Source: Cirrosporium novae-zelandiae (taxonomy: Eukaryota). Taken from it: a DNA stretch of 64,000 bases. The notes below the pieces were generated by a model that ran no database searches, had not been told where the DNA came from, and saw only the letters and a program-made list of their open reading frames with translations. Of the stretch, positions 13,492-25,843 are shown in pieces (within the stretch, counting starts at the first letter, position 1; the number at the start of each line of letters is the position of its first letter). The stretch lies in contig JAPETS010000001.1 of NCBI GenBank assembly GCA_026023565.1, positions 1,178,001 through 1,242,000 on the forward strand. Direction: 5' to 3'. Both the position numbers and the translations under genes were made by a program.

Positions 13492-14754
13492 ATGTCCAGA
13501 CCCTTTGGACGAAAGGCTGTCTGCACCCACACAATGGTGACACGTTTGTACGGCGACAATGTACAATGCCAACTCTGCTTCCTGACACCGCGAGTTGGAT
13601 GGGTCTATCGGTGCACCCAAGACCACGATGGATACTTACCTGAATCTGAATGGCTAGGTACAATGAAGAGCGAATATACAAGTCTACTAGCTCGAAAGAA
13701 AGAGCTTGAAGCTCTTAATCAAATCTCCCCTTGGATCTCTAAAGCCATTGATGAGGGCCAGTATACGCCTGAGCAAGTTGACCATATTAAGCGACAAAAG
13801 ACTCACGTTAAAGAGTCGATTGAGCAATTTGAAGAGACTTACCAAGGACTAAAGAAAGGCTATGATGCCTGTATGAGTCTTATGATCGGTTCTAATGAAG
13901 CCACAACGTTACCTTATGCAGATGCCGAAACTGTGTTTACGATGAATGAGGTCGAGGAGGTCGTTAAGAAGCTTGCTGAACCAAACAACCCCCCTCCACA
14001 ACTCAAAGCCCGAGTCTTCCCACATTGCCGCTACAAAGCATGCCATCTATGCCGGGCTACCTACCGTGACCGAGCATGGCTATCTTTAGATGCTGCCGTT
14101 GATGGTAAAATTGATTTGCCTCCAAGTTGGGAACTCGAAAACCGCCTAATATCTAATGTCAATATTGTAAAGACTATCGGGCTTCCTAAATCTTCTCGCC
14201 TTGAAAGAGCATACCGGGAGCTAGGGTTATACTCACGTCTCAGCGAGTTCGAGACTTTGAGCGATTATGGCTGGAGTGACTGGGACGAATCAAGTTCTTC
14301 AACTTCAGCATCATCATACATAGATACCCCCGAGGCAAGAGGTATAAGAATCCTTGGAGTATTGTCGGAACAATACAACGAGGAGAATGATGCCAAGTCT
14401 TCAGAAGGTTTCAAGGATAGCATCATCCGTGATTACCATAGTTTATTAATGACACAAAGACCTCCCTCCAGTGTTGAAGGTAAACGTTCAAATGATAAAA
14501 AGAACTCGCATGAGATTGATCTATACGAGTTAGATCTAGGTCTATGGCGAAATATGAAAAATGAGTTGTTGGAGGAGGCATCCAACATTGAGCTCCCTTC
14601 AGACGATACTGGGCTGGAGGCGGATGGATATTGTTCGAAAACAAGGGACACTCAACACAATGATGCCGATGAAGATATTGAGGTTGATGGGGGCGTCGCA
14701 TTGACTGAAGAGGCGATCGAGATACACGAAGCAGATGTTATCACACAGGCTTGA
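13492..14754 (+). CDS. Uncharacterised protein with two Cys/His clusters (putative Zn-binding) and an acidic C-terminus
   Basis: Uninterrupted ORF, best-context ATG at 13492 (caacATG; the ORF track starts at 13372). Motifs CTH..CQLC..WVYRCTQD and CRYKACHLCRATYRDRAWLSL. Confidence 0.75.
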   Translation: MSRPFGRKAVCTHTMVTRLYGDNVQCQLCFLTPRVGWVYRCTQDHDGYLPESEWLGTMKSEYTSLLARKKELEALNQISPWISKAIDEGQYTPEQVDHIKRQKTHVKESIEQFEETYQGLKKGYDACMSLMIGSNEATTLPYADAETVFTMNEVEEVVKKLAEPNNPPPQLKARVFPHCRYKACHLCRATYRDRAWLSLDAAVDGKIDLPPSWELENRLISNVNIVKTIGLPKSSRLERAYRELGLYSRLSEFETLSDYGWSDWDESSSSTSASSYIDTPEARGIRILGVLSEQYNEENDAKSSEGFKDSIIRDYHSLLMTQRPPSSVEGKRSNDKKNSHEIDLYELDLGLWRNMKNELLEEASNIELPSDDTGLEADGYCSKTRDTQHNDADEDIEVDGGVALTEEAIEIHEADVITQA

Positions 14755-15134
14755 AAGCAAACAATGAGATCATGGGATGTCACATGGAATGAGCATGAAT
14801 CTTGACAACGAAAACATTTGGACGAAGGGACATAGGGCTAGATCAAGAAGTTATTTTGGACGCTTGACTAGCTATTTTGCTTGTGCTTGTAATAAAAAAT
14901 ATCAAGTCGTGTGAAATGAAATGGGAAACTATTGCTCGCTAGAGGTTACTTTTTTTTTTCGTCGTAAATACTTTTTTATTCACATGGACAAGGTGTTATT
15001 AGTGTAGAATTGAGAATAATCTTATCAGGAAAAAAGGATAATTAGTAATTAACCAAACCACTCTGGCATGTCTAGTAAGATTCGGCGAAATTATTCAGGA
15101 GCTGTTGATCCGTGGGTCATCTATACCCATCCGA

Positions 15135-15140
15135 CCTCGG
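15135..15140. promoter_or_regulatory. CCTCGG FarA/FarB-type site upstream of the PEX11-family gene
   Basis: CCTCGG ~175 bp upstream of ATG 15315. Confidence 0.5.
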
Positions 15141-15314
15141 CAGCATGGAAATCTTTTTGTTGGAACATCTGAAATTTAGTCGCAACAAGTCAACGACGAC
15201 AACCCATCTCTCTCTTGGGCTTTTGTTATCATATATCGGAATCCTTCACACTGTCACACAATTTACCTTCTGAATAGCCTTCTTAATACTTATTCTTATA
15301 CCATTCTGATAAAG

Positions 15315-16280
15315 ATGACGACTACAGAAGGAAGTGTAGGCGCAGGCGCAGACACTTCATCCGACTCAGCTCCTACTCCAGCGAGCTCTGTCTCTGCTAA
15401 AGGGCAGCAAATACGCTATAGACTCCCCGAGTATCTTGGTAAAGCTGATGATACGATTGCGCACTTCAATCGGTACATTTATATTTGTCACCTACAACCA
15501 TATATTGTATGAAACTAAGAAACAAGCAGCCTCCTTTCTTCCAGCGCTGGTACAGGCACCACCCTTCTCACTCTCAACTATACTGCCCTCCTCCTATCTA
15601 CATATCTTGCGCGCCTATCTCAACTTCAACTGAAGCCCCTAACTTCGCGTCTCACGAAAGCCGCAATACTTCTCCCCGGCGATAATGCTACGCTCCTCGC
15701 TATCATTACATCTTCTCCCCACTCCAACGCCTTGCTCCACGCATCCAAAACCCTCCGAGCGCTGGCAGACATGATATCTGATCACCGCAACTTTAGGCGG
15801 TTGTTTGGACTGTTGGGCATATACTCTTGGGCTGTGTCTACATATCGTTACCCGCCTAAGGATCGGGTGCTCAAGTCCATTTCCTGGATCCAAGTCTTTG
15901 CCAATGTGCTTTATCAATACCTCGAGAATGCTGCTTACCTTACCCGATGGAATGTTGTTAAGCTCTCCAAGGCTCAAACATCTAGCTATTGGCTCTGGAG
16001 CTCACGCTGGTGGATGCTCCATGTTGTCCTCGATATTGGTCGATTGCTTCGCGAACGACAGCTTCGGGCTCGGGAAGAGGGCACGTCCGAGAAGGATGTT
16101 TCGTTGACAGAGCAAGAAAACGCGAGGTGGTGGAAAGAGTGGTGGGTCAATATTGCGTACTTGCCGTTGACGGTGCATTGGAGTTTGGAAGAAGGGTGTG
16201 TGAGTGAAGATGCAGTGGGGGCTCTAGGAAGTGTAGCGGGAATTCTAGGCTTTAGACAGGCGTGGCGAGAAACCGCTTAG
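15315..16280 (+). CDS. PEX11: PEX11-family peroxin (Pex11C-like)
   Basis: Exon 1 15315-15472, intron GTACAT..CTAAG..CAG, exon 2 to TAG 16280. Motifs DHRNFRRLFGLL, YQYLENAAYL, LWSSRWWMLHVVLD, AYLPLTVHWS. Confidence 0.85.
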
Positions 16281-16555
16281 AGATTGATGTAGTGAATCTT
16301 AGGCGCTCTGGTGGGATAGATGAAGAGTTTTAAGACTTGTGGATGGTCTTTTATATCCTATACTGGTCTATTTAGACATTTCTGCTAGCAACCGCAAAGG
16401 CTAGCGGGACATTCGTTTTCTTGCAAAGTATAGACATTCGCAGAAATATGTTCTTAATGCCATGGAGAGGAGAGATAGAAGTGGTAGATGCTCATTTCTT
16501 GTAAGTGTCATTATTGTGTATAGACTTCGCACCAGATTTTGTCCTTCAGAGGCCT

Positions 16556-17155
16556 TCAGCGTCTTCTGCGAGTTGTTTTGCCATCATACAAGATACTATA
16601 GAATACACTTATTAATATCTCATCCGGTAAGCATGAGAGCCCTGTGCTTGAGCTATTCAATAACCATGTCGTTCTAGTGTTCAGGCTACTTCTATATGGG
16701 GGCCTTCCTCGTACCACCACAACAAATAATATGGAACACAACAAATAATATGGAACACAACGACCGGGACGAAGATAAACAAACCCCTCTTCCCAACGAG
16801 CCCCAATATGTGAGTAAAAATATTCTGACAAGACCTCCTTTGTTTTGTGCAATGTCGAATCCACAAATTGTTGCAAGCATTGTTCGTCGAAGAAGGCGAT
16901 AAAATGGGGATATGTAAATGGTGGAATATGACCTTTTAATTCATCATTGATTTGGTGGCAGGTCTGGCGAAAACTCTTGATAGTCTTACGTCGTTGAAGC
17001 GCCCATCCAGCGTTACAGCCATCGATTTGTGACTTGGCTGAACAAGAATGGAAAAAGTAATTGTATCCGGACAAATGGTGGGTGACATGTTGATATATCT
17101 TGTTTCGAGGTTCTGGAGGGAGAGAAAGAAAAGGGAATGGGGTCTGGGTTGGCAT
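16556..17155 (-). CDS. Small orphan-like protein with an N-terminal F-box-like/2EXR-type motif; C-terminus probably frameshifted
   Basis: Starts MPTQTPFPFLSLPPEPRNKIY (the common fungal FLxLPxExRxxIY motif). A 19-bp tandem duplication at 16718-16761 shifts the frame near the end. Confidence 0.5.
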   Translation of the reverse strand: MPTQTPFPFLSLPPEPRNKIYQHVTHHLSGYNYFFHSCSAKSQIDGCNAGWALQRRKTIKSFRQTCHQINDELKGHIPPFTYPHFIAFFDEQCLQQFVDSTLHKTKEVLSEYFYSHIGARWEEGFVYLRPGRCVPYYLLCSILFVVVVRGRPPYRSSLNTRTTWLLNSSSTGLSCLPDEILISVFYSILYDGKTTRRRR

Positions 17156-17903
17156 ACTATTTCCTTGGCTATGGTTTTTTTTCTCTCTTCTTCTTCTTCT
17201 TATCTCTTCACTTTAACTTCTACATTAAAAAGTGGTTTCTCTAGACTTTTAGAGAAGATCTGTCAGGGTTGATCTTGAAAATAGACTAGAGGAAGAATAA
17301 TCTCGAACCAACTGCAACAATAATAGTAGGAAATACTTCATAAAGACAGAATAAAAAAAGTGAGGATGTACCTGAAGCTAAGCTTTATCTAGAGTTGATT
17401 GTGGTGGGAAAAATTCTCTAAATGAATGATGGTGACAATGGAGCGGTGTTACGAATGGATGCTGATGCCTTGAAAGTTGGAGCATTGATTGTGTTTGAAT
17501 AAGCGTGGTAAGCATAAATTCTATGATCTTCTCCCAGGATCTATTTTGTTGTTAGAAGAGAAGGAAGAATAACACATCTCGCCTGTGTCGCCTCTCGTAA
17601 CTCTTTCGCCTAGATTCTGGTCCTGGCCAGTGACAGCACTAAGACCGAGATCCGTTCGCGACGTACTTTGGAAAGTCTACCTCGTAATGAAGCTGCGACC
17701 TTCACATTCTATTTAACTTCATCCAACTTTCATCTTCCCATTCACTACCTCGCCAAACCTCAACACCATCAATTTTCCCTACCATATATTTCCTTGGAAC
17801 GAGGAGCAGCTGTATCTACTTCTCATCCCACTTCCTCCACCTTTCTTGATACCTAAGACATTTAGACTTGCCAATAGCGTCAGAAACGAAATAGTTGGTC
17901 AAA

Positions 17904-20697
<2,794 letters not shown>

Positions 20698-21270
20698 ACA
20701 GCTTATGGGATCCTATGATGTGTCTATCTGAGAAAGGAAAGTGGCCTAATAACTACAACTACAACTAGACTATGATTCTCGCATGGAATGGAGCAACTTT
20801 GTCTCCTGAGGGATGGCATTCACTCAATTGCTTTACAGTCAGATGAACTAGGGTGTTGCATACCATGGCCTTTTCCCTTCTGATATTTCTTGACGTTTTC
20901 GGAAGATGATCATACGAACTTAACAAGGGGAATGAATGAACTGTAGCCCGAGGTCCAATGAAATAGAAAATTTCTTGTTTTTAAAATAGACTTATGCATA
21001 CCGTATAGTCTTTGTATATGTCTTTGAAACTTTGTTAATAGTCTCCGGTCTTGACTCCTACTAAGAGCCTAACCTATAGGTACAAATCCTTTTCATACTT
21101 AACTGTCTTTTCATCCAGGATAATGACTCCGAACTCAAAAGCCCCAGACTCGTTTGTAACCACATGTACCAAAGGTAAACATCACTAACTCCCCATCCAT
21201 GCAAGAAACCCGTCTTAGATCCATCATGAGGATTTTATCCCCGTACTGTAGTCAGCGTCCTTGTAAATAT

Positions 21271-21714
21271 TCATTCTATGTCCACCACCTCTTCCAACGC
21301 CTCCTTCACAACTCTAATCCCATCCTTAACAACCTTCTCGGGTATTTTGATATCAACTTTGCCGCTTGAATTATTGTTTTCCCCACCGTTTCCATTCATG
21401 CTTTGCCTCCTTTGTTTCATTTGCGAGCCAGTTCCATCTAGCTCTCCTCTAACCTCCTCGCAAACCCGACTCATGACTTCTCCATAATTTGTACACTCCC
21501 CGCTCCTGAGCAACTGTAACGCACGAGCACGGACCCGCTCAGCCCAGCCAGTTTGCTGGAGGGACGTCAGAAGCGTAATTTGCAGAGTGTCGATGGTATG
21601 GGTTGTGAGAAGCGCTGTGTTGAGTTGGGTGCGGAGGGCGGGGGGGAGAGATGTGCCTTGTGGGAAGCTTGATGAGGCGGGGAGGGGAATACTGGGGGCG
21701 GTGGAGGGAGCCAT
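21271..21714 (-). CDS. SUS1: Sus1/ENY2 (transcription factor e(y)2) domain protein, SAGA-DUB/TREX-2 subunit
   Basis: 147 aa single exon; LLTSLQQTGWAERVRARALQLLR and IPEKVVKDGIRVVKEALEEV fit the ENY2 GW-x2-V helix pattern. Confidence 0.7.
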   Translation of the reverse strand: MAPSTAPSIPLPASSSFPQGTSLPPALRTQLNTALLTTHTIDTLQITLLTSLQQTGWAERVRARALQLLRSGECTNYGEVMSRVCEEVRGELDGTGSQMKQRRQSMNGNGGENNNSSGKVDIKIPEKVVKDGIRVVKEALEEVVDIE

Positions 21715-22566
21715 TCTTGTAGATAATGTTGAAATGGGTTATGAGGATGGGAGGTATTGGTGGGGTGGTAGGATCCGTATACGCTACCTGAAGGTGAGAA
21801 CTGGTAATGAGGATATTATAGATCGGTAGAAAGGTCTGTACCAGCAAGCGATTGTAGTTTATGTAGTAGTAATCGTATAGATTCGTTGATAGAGGAGGAA
21901 ACCCTTTGTCGCTTAGTCAAGCTGATAGAGAAAACCGGATAGAGGAGATGACGATCTCTCAAAAAGAGGAGGAACGAAAGGTCGGTGCAGGGATAATAAG
22001 ACTGCTGTGTATCTGTGGTGAGGTCGTCGTAGACAAAATCCAATAAAAAGCTCAAAGAAAGAAAGCGTTGAATTGTGACCTTCAACAGCTCTTGTTCCTG
22101 TTCCTGATTATCGCTTGAGGCTCTTCTCCAGTTAAAGTTAGAACTAGTGCGCGTGGTCGTACCGCTCTACCGGGACGGGCCGTAAACGAAAGAGCTGAAA
22201 AGTTTATTTACATCATTTGCGGATTTGTTGCTAAGGGAACCTCAAGAGACCATAACAGAGAGGAAACTTGAGTATGTCTTGGAATAAACTGCAAAGAGCT
22301 TTGGTGTGCTTGTTTCAAAAATTAGTTCATGGAGGGGGGTCTCAGCTCAATGGATAGGCTTATCGGAGTAAGGTGGATATGTCGGTCTACAATGTGCTAA
22401 CCATAATTCGCTACAACTATAACCATAGTAGCTCGGTTCGAAGCTTCCGTAGTTATTTGTTTACTTATTTAAAGATGCAGTTTTTACTCTAACCATCCTT
22501 CACAACTAAATCCTCTGCTGTATATATTTTCTTCTTCAAGACAACCATACTCCTAGGTCACGAATC

Positions 22567-23049
22567 ATGATGGACAGCTTCCACCCTGACAGTCCGTCCT
22601 TACAACCTATCAAATCTGCTAAACTACGAGACATTACCTTCAAAGATGTCATTGACTTTTCGAAATCTACCTTCCAATCTGCAACAGGCTTCGCCAGCCG
22701 AAATGGCATCGACGGTATCTGGTCTATCACCGCGGTATCGTTCGCTGGCATTATTCTTAGCAGTGTCATCATCGAAGTGTTAGTCTGGGTTAGGAGAGCC
22801 CTGGGAGTCTTGGTGGTATCCAGTGTTGTGCCGATCGCATGGAACTGGTGGACCTCTCAGACATCTATAAAGGTTCGGAGCAATAGGCTTCAAAGGAGCG
22901 AGTTACATAGGGCCGAATTCCCAAAGAGCGAGTTGCAAAGGACCGAATTTCCAAAGAGCGAGTTTCTGAAGAATGAGTTCCTGAAGAGTGAGCTGCAAAG
23001 GCCCGAACTGAAAAGGACCGAGCTGAAATGGATCGATCTCAATCGATAA
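22567..23049 (+). CDS. Hypothetical membrane protein with a C-terminal 5-residue repeat
   Basis: 160 aa ORF with two hydrophobic segments, then ~9 copies of (S/T/A/N/P)E(L/F)x(R/K) encoded by a 15-nt repeat at ~22890-23030. Confidence 0.5.
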   Translation: MMDSFHPDSPSLQPIKSAKLRDITFKDVIDFSKSTFQSATGFASRNGIDGIWSITAVSFAGIILSSVIIEVLVWVRRALGVLVVSSVVPIAWNWWTSQTSIKVRSNRLQRSELHRAEFPKSELQRTEFPKSEFLKNEFLKSELQRPELKRTELKWIDLNR

Positions 23050-23847
23050 ATAGTGGCAAATACTGTATATACTGCACCTCAGGAGATATATACCAGACAG
23101 GTATATACACCACGGTCATCGACAATAGGATATTAAGGAGTCATTTATTGATTAACATTAAAAGACAGCATCAAGTCTGACAAGCTATTATAATAATAGG
23201 AGAAGTGGCAATGGAATGAAGGATTATGGGATCTGTGTGACGTTAAAAGGTTGAAATTGGATAAATGTGGTTAGATGTGAAGTAATTTCTTTGGAGATTA
23301 AATCTGTATATTGAGATTCTATTGAGATTCTATTGAGATTATGATAGGTTTGGGTGATACAAGTTCGGGTACAAGGGATAGATTGATTGTATGGATTGCC
23401 TGGTGGTGGATGACTGTACTGTACTAGTGTGATACTGTTCATAATAGTTTGTGGATGCCAAGCCAAGCCAAGTCAGGCCAAGTTTTTGCAGTCAAATCAT
23501 AAATTGTGCCTGGAACTAATACTGCATTAGGGTTAGTGGGTAACAATGCCACTTTTCGGGCAGGCCCTTGGGGTTTTGGGCAAAGACTGACAGAGAAAGA
23601 GAGAGAGAGGCAGGTTTGACTTGCCGAGCCTCAACATCAGCCAACTAAAAGAAACTTGGACATCCTCCATCGCATCTCAGCCCACTCGTTAGAATTGTTA
23701 CGTTAACTAGACGTTTGATTTATTATTCTTCCTCTACCTTTTTCTCAACATCTTGGTCCTACACAACAAACAATACAGAAAATACTACAATCTCTCTGCT
23801 TCATCCTAGACCCTAGACCCCCTCCAATTGCTTCAACGTCTTTGAAT

Positions 23848-23873
23848 CCCCCCCCCCCCCCCCCCCCCCCCCC
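23848..23873. repeat. Poly(C) tract, C26
   Basis: 26 consecutive C about 320 bp upstream of the STE50 ATG. Confidence 0.95.
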
Positions 23874-24192
23874 AAAACCCTCCTTGAAAGACTACTAGAA
23901 ATAGTGACTTTTCCAATAATCCCACTTTCGCTACCCGAGACCAGGTCGAGACATCGAAGAGGCCCCTTTAGGAGAAGAATTCTCCATCGGACATCCATTT
24001 CCCATACCGGAACCAGGAACCGGACCCGCAAACCATTTCCACGCCGAGCACAAACCATCAAGCGGTAGCTCTCTACCGATTTATTGATGCGCATCAATCA
24101 TCAAGGCTCCTATCGATGTCGAGGAAAATCTAGCAGCCGAACGCTTGGACCATAATTTGCAACTTTTATATCCACTCCAATCTTCGAATAAT

Positions 24193-25843
24193 ATGACGAT
24201 GGCTTTTCAAACTTCAACCTTTCATGCGGACTCGGACGCCGATGACGAGTACGAGCGAAGCGTCATGACTTCTCCCCAATTACCAACAGATTCAGAGGCA
24301 TCGCCCACCGATTCTGATCCACCTTCTGCCGAGCATACCCCTACCACGTATGGAAATCCCGCCGAGGACAGAGGGACCCCGAAGACAATGATAACAGACT
24401 GGACCGCAAAAGAGAGTGCAGGATTCATTGCTAGCCTGGGATTATCTCAGTACTCTGATGCATTTATCGGTGCGAACATTCTTCTTTGAATCTTGACGGT
24501 CATGTCACTAATGACCCCATAGAGCAGGATATTGTTGGTGCAGCTTTAGTGGTCATAAATCATGATAACCTAAAAGAGATGGGAGTACCGAGTTTTGGTC
24601 ATCGATTAACAATACTCAAAGCAATCTACGAGGTCAAGGTTAAGCAAGATATTCCTATAGGACCAGATCATTATGTGCCGATAAGTATGTTTTCGAAGCA
24701 GCTATTACATTATATGGAGACTAACACAACTTAGCTGCCGACAGGAGCAAAGAAGATGAAAAGGCCACCCAAGAGGACATTTCTCGCATAGTGCACCTCC
24801 TCCAAAAACGAGATGAGCATATAGGATCGGTGGAAGCAGAGTTACGAAGAGTACAAGAAGATTACCGGAAATTACGAGAAGACTTACTACCCATCTTCCG
24901 ACTGGCCAAGGACCGATCACAACCTTTACCACCCCCATATACGCTTAGCCCAGACTTGGGCAATGAGTACCAACCAAGTATATCCTCCCCGGCACCGGTG
25001 CAACAGCAAGAACAAAAGAGTGGTGGACTTCATCGGAAATTTTCTACTAAGAAGTTATTACTAGGATCTACCCCCAAGAACAACTCCCCTACTCATATTC
25101 CCCAATCGATACCTCAAGGCCGATCTCTTCAAGATGGTAATCTTGATCCATCAGCGGCAGCCCTGGCTGCTTCCTCTCATCTCACCGCATCTGTTACTGG
25201 AAATTCTTTATCCTCAACATCTCCCAATGCACTTAGCGCTCCCTCACCAACCTCACCTGCTAGCTATGCACCCACCTTGGGTTCTAGGTCATACCGGGAA
25301 GGCACAACTCCATCTACGAACCGGTCTATGTACACTCACGCTGAAGAAGCGCTAGCTACTCACGCCTACGCTCCTAGTACCCGTCGTGAAAATCCCACAC
25401 CAACTCCTGTCAATAATTCTCGTCGGCAAGAACAAGAACCACCAGCCGCGCCACCTAATCGGGAGAACACTCAATCCGCTGCACCCAACCTGGAAATATT
25501 CAAATCTTTCCGTGTCTCGATGGACGATCCCTGTTATAAGGTTCTTCCCGCGGCACTCAAAAAATATAATATCCAGGCAGACTGGACACAATATGCATTG
25601 TACATTGTGTATGGTGATCAAGAGCGGTGTTTAGGACTGGAGGAAAAACCACTCATCCTGTTTAAACAGCTGGATAGGGAGGGAAAGAAACCAATGTTCA
25701 TGTTGAGGAAATTGGTTGCCAATCCTGGAGAGGGGACCGCATATCCTAACCAAGGTGGAGTGGGACAGCTTGGAGAAGGGGCATACACAGGTCCTAAACC
25801 GGGAGGAGGTGGGCAGATACAGTTGCCTGGCGGAGTACTGTGA
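24193..25843 (+). CDS. STE50: MAPK adaptor Ste50 (SAM plus Ras-association domain)
   Basis: Three exons (introns ~24470-24522 and ~24685-24734). SAM: WTAKESAGFIASLGLSQY..LKEMGVPSFGHRLTILKAIY. Coiled coil. RA: FKSFRVSMDDPCYKVLPAALKKYNI..LYIVYGDQERCL..KPMFMLRK. Ends LPGGVL. Confidence 0.95.

Noticed and set aside
16718..16761. Direct repeats as a CRISPR-like array
   Set aside because: Eukaryotic context, adjacent copies with no spacers; a simple tandem duplication.
22335..22452. tRNA-like A box (CAGCTCAATGGATAG) and B box (GGTTCGAAGC)
   Set aside because: The T stem and acceptor stem do not pair and no anticodon arm can be built; at most a relic. tRNAscan-SE would settle it.
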